Positions 1 through 8,980 of a stretch of 64,000 nt of DNA are shown here, one piece after another. Under the pieces are notes generated by a model. That model had not been told where the DNA came from and ran no database searches. It saw only the letters and a list, made by a program, of their open reading frames with translations. The stretch covers positions 1,594 through 65,593 of the forward strand of contig CAYJKY010000012.1 in assembly GCA_964370825.1 (NCBI GenBank), read 5' to 3'. How positions within the stretch are numbered: position 1 is the first letter of the stretch; every line of letters starts with the position of its first letter. This DNA comes from an uncultured Oscillospiraceae bacterium. Lineage in GTDB: Bacteria; Bacillota; Clostridia; Oscillospirales; Ruminococcaceae. Made by a program: the position numbers and the translations under genes.

Positions 1-282
1 CGACCGAGCCAGCCTCCTATGGGAATGGGAACACCTCCACAACAACAGATGCCGAATCAACCGCCGGCAGGAATGGGTGTTCCTCCGCAACAGCGACCGA
101 GCCAGCCTCCTATGGGAATGGGAACACCTCCACAACAACAGATGCCGAGCCAACCGCCGGCAGGAATGGGTGTTCCTCCGCAACAGCGACCGAGCCAGCC
201 TCCTATGGGAATGGGAACACCTCCACAACAACAGATGCCGAGCCAACCGCCGGCAGAGATGGGAATGTCTCCACAGGGTGGT
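1..282 (+). repeat. Three tandem in-frame 93-nt direct repeats (copies at 1, 94 and 187; the third decays after ~70 nt). They encode 31-aa Pro/Gln-rich units MGMGTPPQQQMP[NS]QPPAGMGVPPQQRPSQPP and may continue upstream of the window.
   Basis: The string cgaccgagccagcctcctatgggaatggga recurs at 1, 94 and 187. The translated repeat is visible in the ORF. Confidence 0.9.
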
Positions 283-1719
283 GTTTATAACGGTCCTCAG
301 ACAAATGGAATGCCTATGCAACAGCAGCAACAGGTCGGTGTTGCAACCGCTAAAAAGCCAATGAATAAAGGCGTTTTAATCATTGGTGGATTAGTGCTTG
401 CAGGGATAATACTTATTGTTGCAATAATAATGGTGATATCCTCGTTGTTTTCCGGTGCTAAGGATGATGCAAACCTCGGTATTTGGAACGCTGTGGAGTT
501 CAACGCCATGGGAGTTACACTAACGCCGAGTGAATACGGTTCCGAGGTTGCACTTGAATTAAAAAGCGGCGGAAACTGTACTCTTGTGATAGACGGTGAC
601 GGCTATGATGCAAAATGGGAGCTTGAGGGCACCGATTTTATTGTCAGCGATGGCTCGGACGAGTTTGTCGGAACACTTGCGAATGGTGAGTTGAAACTGA
701 TTAACCTGTTAAACATGGGCATTGACATAACCTTTATGAAGGACGGAGCACCTGCACCAAGACCGGAACCGACGCCCGACACTAGTACAACCAGTGGAGG
801 ATTGCCATCAACAAGCAGTGGTAACGGTAGCGAACTTACCGGCTACTGGAACCGCAGTTGGTACGGAATAGTTTCGCTGTACGAGACCGACGGAAAATAT
901 GAGGAATTCTACTACGATACCTTAGACGCATACATAGTGGTAAATGTCAACGATAACGGCGTTGGTCAGTTTAGTGTATATGCAGACGACGGAATGGGTG
1001 AGCCCTTTGTAGCCGGAGATTGTACCGTGCAGATTGGAGAAGAGGCCGGGCTTTATGCAACCTCAGTAAACATGGGTGATACAACCCTGAATGCTGATGA
1101 CTGGGCGTTTCTGCCATCTTCTCTCGAGTTTGAGGACAAGTTTGAGATGGAGACCACCATCACCGACGAAGATGGAGACCTAATATCCTTTGTTATCTAT
1201 ATGAAGCCTTACGGTGTCAGCTGGCAGGATGAGATTGACTCAGAAATCTATGAATTTCCGGAATGGCACGACTACATGATGAACACCGCAGAGCCTCTCT
1301 ATGCATCGGCAGATGCTACAAATATTTCGAGTAATAATACATACGAGGCACTTGGTGGCTATGGTTACGATTCGACAGGTGGCACAGATAGCGGTGCGGA
1401 AGAGCTGTATAGCCTTGATTTCACCTTAATAAACCATAGCGGTGCAAATCTTACCGAAATTCGACTTTCCGAGGTATCTGATCCCAACTTTGGCGAAAAC
1501 CTACTCGAGCCCGGAGAGACTCTTCCGGACGGTTACAGTGTTGAAATCACCTTCGACTCTTATGCCGCGGCTGGTACGATGTACGACATGTACACACTGG
1601 ACGATGATGGAGATGAGTATGAATATCACGATCTCGAATTGACGGTTATTTCCACCGTAACACTACACTGGGAACGTCAGGCAGACGGAAGCTACACGAA
1701 TTATTACGTCGTAGAATAA
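1..1719 (+). CDS. Membrane protein, 5'-partial (frame open from nt 1). It has a PQ-rich repeat N-terminus, one TM helix (VLIIGGLVLAGIILIVAIIMVI) and a large acidic extracellular region in two parts joined by a PEPTPDTSTTSGG linker.
   Basis: The ORF is open to the window edge. There is no signal peptide, and K-rich residues precede the TM helix (N-in). I recognise no family for it. Confidence 0.7.
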   Translation, partial: RPSQPPMGMGTPPQQQMPNQPPAGMGVPPQQRPSQPPMGMGTPPQQQMPSQPPAGMGVPPQQRPSQPPMGMGTPPQQQMPSQPPAEMGMSPQGGVYNGPQTNGMPMQQQQQVGVATAKKPMNKGVLIIGGLVLAGIILIVAIIMVISSLFSGAKDDANLGIWNAVEFNAMGVTLTPSEYGSEVALELKSGGNCTLVIDGDGYDAKWELEGTDFIVSDGSDEFVGTLANGELKLINLLNMGIDITFMKDGAPAPRPEPTPDTSTTSGGLPSTSSGNGSELTGYWNRSWYGIVSLYETDGKYEEFYYDTLDAYIVVNVNDNGVGQFSVYADDGMGEPFVAGDCTVQIGEEAGLYATSVNMGDTTLNADDWAFLPSSLEFEDKFEMETTITDEDGDLISFVIYMKPYGVSWQDEIDSEIYEFPEWHDYMMNTAEPLYASADATNISSNNTYEALGGYGYDSTGGTDSGAEELYSLDFTLINHSGANLTEIRLSEVSDPNFGENLLEPGETLPDGYSVEITFDSYAAAGTMYDMYTLDDDGDEYEYHDLELTVISTVTLHWERQADGSYTNYYVVE

Positions 1720-1733
1720 AAACAACAAACTTA

Positions 1734-1781
1734 AAACAGATACCGTGACGAATTTCATGTTTCGTCACGGTATCTGTTTTT
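1734..1781. terminator. Bidirectional rho-independent terminator between convergent genes: a perfect 19-bp stem (aaacagataccgtgacgaa / ttcgtcacggtatctgttt) with an 8-nt loop.
   Basis: Inverted repeat with A-run and T-run flanks. Confidence 0.85.
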
Positions 1782-1800
1782 AATAAATGTAAAAGCTTAA

Positions 1801-3189
1801 TTACTGTTGCTGCGATTCATTTTGCGACTCTGGTTCGGTTTTACCTAAATATTCCGGCAGCTTCATTCCCGCCATATCAAACATATCGTTCATGGGAGGT
1901 ATGCTCTTCATTAGACCGGATAAAAAGTTTGCTGTTGATGATTTACCGTCGGCATTTGCACCGCTGTCCCAGACAGTAACCTTATCAAACTTGATATTTT
2001 TAATAGAGTCGACCTGAATTCTCAATAGATCTTCCATCTTATCGGTTAACATAAGTTTCAATGCATCGTCGGCACTGCCGCCCGCCGCCTTAACAACATC
2101 GGAAAGTCCTGCTGCCTGTTTTGTAAGTATTTCCTGAATACCACGTGCCTCGGCCTCCATTTTCAAGAATATCGCGTCGGCCTCTCCCTTTGCATGGCGT
2201 CTTGTCTGCTCTGCAACAGCCTCTGCCTCAAGCTCTAACTTACGTTTAGCAATCTCCGCTTTAACAATAACATCCGCCTCAAGGGTGGCCTGTTCTCTCG
2301 AGAAACGAGCAAGTTCAGCCTCTTTTTCCGCCGCATATGCATCTTCAAGAGCCTTTGCTGCCTGAATTTTTTCAGCCGATGTTGCAATTCTCAGAGCCTC
2401 AGCCTCCTTTTCACGACGCTGTGCGTTACTTAAAGAGATTGCAATCTGTGCGCTGTTTTCACCGTTAATAGCCTGAGACTCCGCCTCGGAAACATGTATA
2501 CGTTGATCCTTTTCGGCGAGTGCTTGACCGATAGCACCGTCACGTTCCTTCTCGGCAACCGATTTTTTAGCATCGTTGATAGCCTTCGCGGCCGCTTCTT
2601 TACCGAGGGCTAAAATGTACCCCGACTCGTCGGTAATATCGGTGACGTTAACGTTAATCAGGCGTAAACCGATTTTTTTAAGCTCCGTCTCGACATTGCT
2701 GGAAACCGCCGCCAAAAATTTATCACGGTCGGTATTAATTTCCTCAATATCCATTGTGGCAATAATCAACCTCAGCTGACCAAAAATAATGTCCTTTGCG
2801 AGCTCCTGGATTTCGACCAGCTTAAGTCCCAAAAGCCTTTCTGCCGCATTCTGCATCACACCGTTTTCAGTGGAAATACCTACCGTAAATCTACTCGGAA
2901 CATCAATTCTGATGTTCTGTCTTGAAAGTGCATTTGTTAAGTCCACCTGTATTGACAACGGTGTAAGGTCAAGATATGCATATGACTGCACAACCGGCAC
3001 TATAAATGAGGCTCCACCATGTACGCATTTTGCACTTCTTGCCGTTCCGTCGCTGTTGACACCTACCTTACCGTAGATTACCATAACCTTATCAGATGGG
3101 CACTTTTTGTATCTTGTTAAAAAGATAACAATAAGCGACATCAACAGAAGAACAACCACGACAATTAATATCATTAACTCTATCGGCAT
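1801..3189 (-). CDS. floT: Flotillin-like SPFH/band-7 protein (YuaG/FloT type) with an N-terminal TM helix and a long EA-rich coiled coil.
   Basis: SPFH-like N-terminal half, AEKEAEALR-type heptads and an AGGAE-rich C-terminus. A strong RBS (aaggagag) is present. Confidence 0.85.
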   Translation of the reverse strand: MPIELMILIVVVVLLLMSLIVIFLTRYKKCPSDKVMVIYGKVGVNSDGTARSAKCVHGGASFIVPVVQSYAYLDLTPLSIQVDLTNALSRQNIRIDVPSRFTVGISTENGVMQNAAERLLGLKLVEIQELAKDIIFGQLRLIIATMDIEEINTDRDKFLAAVSSNVETELKKIGLRLINVNVTDITDESGYILALGKEAAAKAINDAKKSVAEKERDGAIGQALAEKDQRIHVSEAESQAINGENSAQIAISLSNAQRREKEAEALRIATSAEKIQAAKALEDAYAAEKEAELARFSREQATLEADVIVKAEIAKRKLELEAEAVAEQTRRHAKGEADAIFLKMEAEARGIQEILTKQAAGLSDVVKAAGGSADDALKLMLTDKMEDLLRIQVDSIKNIKFDKVTVWDSGANADGKSSTANFLSGLMKSIPPMNDMFDMAGMKLPEYLGKTEPESQNESQQQ

Positions 3190-3226
3190 AATAAACCCCT
3201 CTCCTTAAATATTATAATTTGACTTC

Positions 3227-3844
3227 TTATTTTTTTGTAACAACTAAAATGTTTGGCTCGGTAACGGCTATAATTGTAACCGCATTACCCGTGGGGATTG
3301 TTTGCTCATCGTCGGTAACTGCATCAAATTCGCTGTATCTTCCCGAAACAACCGCCGAAACCTTTCCAAGGCCTTCTCTCCCAGCCGGTATTTGTATGTA
3401 AACAGTACCACTAGCACCGACTGCATCCCTGATATTTTGATTCCCCTTAGCCTGCAACTTCATCAAAAAACGCATTACATATGCGGTTCCCACCATTGCG
3501 GTAGCACCCAGTGCAAAGGCAATCAACAATGCAATCGAAGGGGGGAGACCGGAGGTCAACAACCATATACCCGCCCAACCAAAGATTGAGAAAAAGGTGA
3601 TAAAGCCCCTTATGGTAAAAATCTGCAATCCGGCTTGATCAAACCTGACAATGTCATCTATATCATCGAAATCTACCGAGTCCACGTCCGTTTCGGTCCC
3701 TATCTCTGAGCCGACTTCGGTACCACCGTCAAATCCGGAGACCAAAACCATTACGGTTTGAACCACCAATACTATGGTCGAAGGTATTGCAATACACGCC
3801 AAAATCTGACCCAAAAAACCAATTCCACTCCACCACTCTAACAT
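3227..3844 (-). CDS. NfeD-like membrane protein (YuaF type), the usual flotillin partner, 12 nt upstream of floT.
   Basis: N-terminal TM helices, a C-terminal beta-rich (OB-like) tail, and the conserved nfeD-floT gene order. Confidence 0.7.
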   Translation of the reverse strand: MLEWWSGIGFLGQILACIAIPSTIVLVVQTVMVLVSGFDGGTEVGSEIGTETDVDSVDFDDIDDIVRFDQAGLQIFTIRGFITFFSIFGWAGIWLLTSGLPPSIALLIAFALGATAMVGTAYVMRFLMKLQAKGNQNIRDAVGASGTVYIQIPAGREGLGKVSAVVSGRYSEFDAVTDDEQTIPTGNAVTIIAVTEPNILVVTKK

Positions 3845-3894
3845 TACTAATCACCCCTTTGTTTTACAGTATTACCTTACATAAAATCTCTTGC

Positions 3895-4440
3895 TCAATC
3901 GCCTCTGAAAATTGCCGACCTGTACAGCAGTGAGGCCTTCTGCTTATAGCTGTAGGATAGGTACGCACTAACCATGATTTCGAGAAGCTCTACAAGCCTT
4001 TTTTTGCATCCTTTTTGTGGTTCTTCAAATCCGTTTACAACCTCGTTTACAGTCCTATCAAACATGTCTATCTCACCATTTATTTGAAATAAAATTGCAG
4101 TAAAATAATGATATATTTCATCTTCACCGATAGGATTACCGTCTCCTTTAATAATCGGCAAATTTAGATAGTCGAACAGTCCACAAACTTCATCAATGGT
4201 AAAAACATCTTTCAACATATTTATCATTATTATCCTACAGAGTTGGTTTTGGCTATATTTTTTGTTAACCGGCGACGCTATGTATTTTCTCTTTATCCAG
4301 TTTTGAACCGTGTGAGGCTCTAATCCTGTGATGGTGGATAGCTGAGATAGGGTTATTCCACCGGTTAAAAAAATCGGATTTAATATCTGCCTACAATCCC
4401 CTACCTGGGTTTCTATCATTGTACCCGGTAGAAGCCTCAT
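3895..4440 (-). CDS. Small HTH-type DNA-binding protein (DUF1836-like), first gene of the nfeD-floT operon.
   Basis: HTH-like segment ITLSQLSTITGLEPHTVQNWIKRKYI. It sits 50 nt upstream of nfeD on the same strand. Confidence 0.5.
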   Translation of the reverse strand: MRLLPGTMIETQVGDCRQILNPIFLTGGITLSQLSTITGLEPHTVQNWIKRKYIASPVNKKYSQNQLCRIIMINMLKDVFTIDEVCGLFDYLNLPIIKGDGNPIGEDEIYHYFTAILFQINGEIDMFDRTVNEVVNGFEEPQKGCKKRLVELLEIMVSAYLSYSYKQKASLLYRSAIFRGD

Positions 4441-4470
4441 ATCATCACCTCCTTTTGATACTATGATTAT

Positions 4471-4488
4471 ATCACACGGTCATGTGAT
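4471..4488. promoter_or_regulatory. Operator-like inverted repeat ATCACA-N6-TGTGAT in the divergent promoter region between the HTH gene and the lipoprotein gene.
   Basis: 6-bp perfect arms with a 6-bp spacer. Confidence 0.3.
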
Positions 4489-4619
4489 TGTCAATAACGA
4501 TTTTACGACCTTTTTAATTATGGTGCTATAGTTATAATATAATGTATTAAAATAAAATAAAATGTTGCATTATAAAGGCAAAGAAGATATAATAATGGTA
4601 AGTATTTATGAGGTGAAGA

Positions 4620-5522
4620 ATGATGCGAGGAAAGAAAACATTATTTATTATAATCTTAATAACATTTTTCATTTTAACATCCGGTTGTGGTCAAGCATCA
4701 AATGCTGATATTGCACAAGCTTCCGAACCGGTCGACACTGTCGACTCGGTATCACAGTCCACCGCTGAGATTTCTTCACAGACGAAACAGGAGGAGATTG
4801 AATTGCCTATTCTTTATTATTTTTATGATGAAGCGTGCTCAAGTTGTGTACCCGATGTTGAGAGTGAATTTATCGCTTTATACAACGAGGTTCATGGCGA
4901 TATAAAGGAGCAATACCCCATGGATTTAAGGATGATAAACATCTTTAAATCAGAGGGAAGAGAGAGTTATACCGAGTTATTGACTCAGTATGGCCTTGAA
5001 ACCCCAGATAGTTCGCCCACTGTTGTTATTTCAGGGGTGTTACTGACCGGAGATGCAATTGCTGCACGTATGTCTGAACAGTGTGTCGTTGCATATGAGA
5101 TGATGGAAGAAGGTACCGACACTATAGAGGAAGTCAAACAACAGAATGCTCTCGCTTCGGAGGAACTATTTACGGAGTTTGAGCTTTCGGACGATTCGAT
5201 TAACATGTTGTATTTTTATAGGATACAGTGCGCAGACTGCCAGTCGATAGAGGATTTTATGGATTCGCTTCCAAAAACCGTTATGGTAAACGGCGTAGAA
5301 ATGCCTCTGAATATAATATATATAAACACCCGTGAACCTCGTGGAGGAGACAGGATATATAAACTTTTCGAGGTATATGAGGTACCTTCAGAGTTGCAAC
5401 AGGTACCGATTCTTTTTTATAACGGAGGCTATCTGTCCGGTGCCGAACCGATAGAAACGGAGCTACTTGACATCGCAGAGGGTGAAGAAAACAGTAATTT
5501 GATAGGGCTTACACTCCCCTAA
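4620..5522 (+). CDS. Secreted lipoprotein made of two tandem glutaredoxin/thioredoxin-fold-like domains, each with a CxxC motif (CSSC and CADC).
   Basis: Lipobox ILTSGC. Each domain has LYYFY-x3-CxxC followed by a cis-Pro/GG element (SPTVVISGVLLTG and QVPILFYNGGYLSG). It is paralogous to the gene at 48637-49119. Confidence 0.6.
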   Translation: MMRGKKTLFIIILITFFILTSGCGQASNADIAQASEPVDTVDSVSQSTAEISSQTKQEEIELPILYYFYDEACSSCVPDVESEFIALYNEVHGDIKEQYPMDLRMINIFKSEGRESYTELLTQYGLETPDSSPTVVISGVLLTGDAIAARMSEQCVVAYEMMEEGTDTIEEVKQQNALASEELFTEFELSDDSINMLYFYRIQCADCQSIEDFMDSLPKTVMVNGVEMPLNIIYINTREPRGGDRIYKLFEVYEVPSELQQVPILFYNGGYLSGAEPIETELLDIAEGEENSNLIGLTLP

Positions 5523-5535
5523 AATATAATAGAGA

Positions 5536-7623
5536 TTATTTTCCTAAAGGGATGGCCTTTTGTCTTCTGTATTCAGAAGGACTCATACCTACATGCCTTT
5601 TAAACGCCTTGTTAAAGGTGTTAACATAGAGATATCCTACAGTTTCGCTTATCTTTGCTATAGGCATATTGCTTTCGGTTAGGAAATCGCAGGATTTTTC
5701 TATTCTGAGTTGCTCTAGAAAGTTGACAAAGTTACGGTCATACGCTTTTTTAAATATGCGGCTTACATAACTTTCTGATATTCCAAATTCTTCCGCCAGT
5801 GCTTGAAGCCCTATGCATTGGTCGTTATAGTGTTCCTTTACATATTCAAAAAGTTTTGGTGCAATATCGTCACCATAGCTATGCTCTTTTACAACGCTTA
5901 CATCGTGTGCCATTCCGTTTAACATATGTATAGAAATGTCAAAGTTTGTGACATCGTCGTTGTCGTTAAAATTGTTGTAATATTGTTTTAATGAGGCTGT
6001 TAATTCAGGAGATTTAATCTTCACAGCCTCCTCTGCCTTGACTATGATTTTATACATATCAAATACAATTAGCCTTATAGTGTTTTTCGAGCTTGAAATA
6101 TCAACTAAATATGTGCTCACCAGATTGTCGGTGATCTGACGAGTGTTGTCGATATCCCCGGAGGTAATACTGTTGTATAGCATTAATCTAGTGTTATCCG
6201 ATAATGAGGGGAGGCATGATTCGCATTTATCGAGGTCGGAGTAATAAACAACTTTTTCATCCTTGCCAATACAGGGACTCATAATTGCTGCAGAGGAATT
6301 GTAGAAGGAACAAGATATACCGGATATATCCGTCTCAACTGTACCTACTCCTATATATACACCCTCTATATCACCTATTCTGTCAACAATTGCGTTGACG
6401 TTGTCTTTATAATCGACACCGTCAATAATGATTGCAATTTTGTTGTCGGTAATATTGTGAATATGAATAATGAATTTAAACGTCTTAAGTAATTCAGATA
6501 GCTCAAATAAAGAAATTGGACAGTTTTGGTCCATGTCAGATTCCACCGAAACAGATAGCACACAATAGCTGCTATAATTAGTGATGTCGGTGTATTTTGC
6601 ATACCTGTCCGGCTCCTTTAACCTTTCTAACTTTCCGTCCAGCAAATTTTTATAAAACATAGCGGTAATAAAGGGGCGTGAGTTACTGATCTCCTCCTCA
6701 TATTCACTGTTAAGATCTTCAAGTGTATTATATTGCTTATTGTGGCGTTTGAGTGATCGTAAAGATAATATTATTAACACAAAAAATGTTGTGAAAAGTA
6801 TCAACAAAATCGTAACCAATAGTCCGATAAGCGGCGCAAGAAGAACCGAGGTCGGCTGAGCAACATAATATGAAAAAAGTTGATTTTCATCGACAAGTTC
6901 GTGAGATATTATACTACCCTCAATAGTTTTATTCGAAGCTATTATCTCATTACCTAAGCTTAACTCTATATAGGTAGGTATTGATGAATTGTGCAGGGAA
7001 AAATAGGACAGTAATTCCTGTTCAGTAAACACCCGTATAATACACGACGAGCTGTTAAAGGAGAAATTTCGCTTCATTATTAAAAGGTTTGTCATTGTTC
7101 CGTAGTGATTGACATCTCTTAAAATAAATAAATCATCATCGCTTTCCGTGGCATAATCGACAAAGGACGATTCCGAAATAATATTTTGGTTGTCGAAGTA
7201 ATCAAAACTATAGCTGCCCATACTCGAAACCACAACATTCATGTTATCAAAAAGTATATATGTGTTTTCATACTCACTTGATGTAAAGTTATCACCTCCG
7301 ACCCTATAAAGCAATAACTTCATTACTGAATAGTATTCCTCATATTCAGGGCTTTGCTCCCTGCCGATTAGCTGAATATTTGAGTCCGACGCAAGCTCGT
7401 CAAGCAATAGCGATGTTTCCTTAAACTCATTTTCAAGTTGTTTCGCGCTAAACTCAACGCCGGTAACCTGATTTTGGCTGATTAGTGAAGTTCCTGTGAT
7501 AATAAAAAACAAGGCAAAAACTATGCACAACAACAGAGTTAATGCAATAACCATGTAATATGTGAAAAATATAGACCGCTTTCCGGACGAAAAAAATTTA
7601 ATTATGTTGCTTTTCATCAACAA
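5536..7623 (-). CDS. Membrane-anchored AraC-family transcriptional regulator: two TM helices flank an extracytoplasmic sensor domain, with a C-terminal AraC HTH.
   Basis: The C-terminus GLQALAEEFGISESYVSRIFKK...FNKAFKRHVGMSPSEYRR is an AraC HTH. N-terminal and mid-protein hydrophobic helices are present. Confidence 0.8.
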   Translation of the reverse strand: MLMKSNIIKFFSSGKRSIFFTYYMVIALTLLLCIVFALFFIITGTSLISQNQVTGVEFSAKQLENEFKETSLLLDELASDSNIQLIGREQSPEYEEYYSVMKLLLYRVGGDNFTSSEYENTYILFDNMNVVVSSMGSYSFDYFDNQNIISESSFVDYATESDDDLFILRDVNHYGTMTNLLIMKRNFSFNSSSCIIRVFTEQELLSYFSLHNSSIPTYIELSLGNEIIASNKTIEGSIISHELVDENQLFSYYVAQPTSVLLAPLIGLLVTILLILFTTFFVLIILSLRSLKRHNKQYNTLEDLNSEYEEEISNSRPFITAMFYKNLLDGKLERLKEPDRYAKYTDITNYSSYCVLSVSVESDMDQNCPISLFELSELLKTFKFIIHIHNITDNKIAIIIDGVDYKDNVNAIVDRIGDIEGVYIGVGTVETDISGISCSFYNSSAAIMSPCIGKDEKVVYYSDLDKCESCLPSLSDNTRLMLYNSITSGDIDNTRQITDNLVSTYLVDISSSKNTIRLIVFDMYKIIVKAEEAVKIKSPELTASLKQYYNNFNDNDDVTNFDISIHMLNGMAHDVSVVKEHSYGDDIAPKLFEYVKEHYNDQCIGLQALAEEFGISESYVSRIFKKAYDRNFVNFLEQLRIEKSCDFLTESNMPIAKISETVGYLYVNTFNKAFKRHVGMSPSEYRRQKAIPLGK

Positions 7624-8032
7624 AAATTCCTACCTACTGTTCAAAAAAATCAAAATATGTTACTATTTGTGCACAGGAAAAAGATTATTGGGGTAAAAAA
7701 ACATTTGTGTTATACAATTCATTATAATGTCTAACAAATAAAAAGTCAAGAAATTAATTGTAACTTATGCACAAATTTACCTGAAATGTTATATAATCAA
7801 CAGATATATTTCCATCTTTTCAAATTTATCCATATCTGAAACAACAAGAATTTCCATGTATTGAAAATTTGTCACCTTGAAAACATTCTCCAGGTATTGT
7901 AACCTTTAAACAGTAGTTGCACCGTGAAAGGGTTGTACACTACATGAGCTCATAAACATTGTGTATGTGATACAACAATTTTATGGTAAATGAATGAATA
8001 TTATTGTCGGTATTTTATGAAAGGATTATTAT

Positions 8033-8965
8033 ATGAAGAATGGCTCTAAAAGCAGAAACATCTTACTTGGGAGGATAGCTGTAAATTGGCAGTTGTATGT
8101 AATGCTAATTCTCCCAGTATCCTTAATGATATTGTTTAAATACGTTCCCATGTATGGAGCACAGATTGCATTCAGAAGTTTTAATATAGGCGATACAATA
8201 CTTTCCGCCGAGTGGGTGGGTTTTGATAATTTTATTGCTTTTTTCGGCGATTACCAGTTTGCTAATGTTCTTTCTAATACAGTTTTCCTAAGTTTATATT
8301 CCCTATTGGCCGGCACACCTGTTGCAATAATATTTGCACTATGTATTAACTATCTTAATTTTCCGAAATACAAAAAAATAGCGCAAACAGTTACCTACCT
8401 TCCCTATCTTATATCCACCGTTGTAATGGTTACCTTAATTCTTCAGTTTTTTGCTGCAAGAAATGGTGTTCTCACACAACTTTTCAACTTTATAACCGGA
8501 AGCGAAACTGATTACCTTGCGAATCCGTCACTTTTTAATGATATATATGTATGGACAGGAGTGTGGCAGGCTACAGGGTTCAGTTCGATAATCTACATTG
8601 CAACGTTGGTCGGTATAGACCCTACATTGCATGAGGCTGCGATCGTTGACGGTGCTTCCAAATGGCAACGCTGCAAAGGAATCGACCTCCCGTTGCTAAT
8701 GCCTACAATCATAAAGTTGTTTATTCTAAACATGGGAAGCATATTAAATATCGGCTTTGAAAAGATTTTGCTTATGCAGAATCCATTAAATCTGAGTGCC
8801 TCCGAAGTTGTTTCCACCTATGTGTACAAGGTAGGACTCACCTCTGCACTACCACAGTTTTCATATGGTACCGCTATAGGCCTGTTCCAGTCGCTTATAG
8901 GGCTTGTAATGGTATTAACCTTTAACTTTATTGCAAATAAAGTTTCTGACGACGGAATATGGTAA
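8033..8965 (+). CDS. Carbohydrate ABC transporter permease (LplB / polysaccharide-type inner-membrane component).
   Basis: Six TM helices, an EAA-like loop (EAAIVDGASKWQRCKGIDLPLLMP) and its position in the operon. Confidence 0.8.
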   Translation: MKNGSKSRNILLGRIAVNWQLYVMLILPVSLMILFKYVPMYGAQIAFRSFNIGDTILSAEWVGFDNFIAFFGDYQFANVLSNTVFLSLYSLLAGTPVAIIFALCINYLNFPKYKKIAQTVTYLPYLISTVVMVTLILQFFAARNGVLTQLFNFITGSETDYLANPSLFNDIYVWTGVWQATGFSSIIYIATLVGIDPTLHEAAIVDGASKWQRCKGIDLPLLMPTIIKLFILNMGSILNIGFEKILLMQNPLNLSASEVVSTYVYKVGLTSALPQFSYGTAIGLFQSLIGLVMVLTFNFIANKVSDDGIW

Positions 8966-8980
8966 GGAGAGGATAAATAT

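Noticed and set aside
77-509. Overlapping or antisense ORFs inside the PQ-repeat gene (77-364 +, 297-509 -)
   Set aside because: These are alternative-frame readings of the same repetitive DNA (CRANRRQ-type low complexity) with no independent signals. Many other 60-150-aa antisense ORFs inside long genes elsewhere (for example 2576-3076, 8593-9126, 37699-38706, 43228-43794) were dismissed for the same reason.
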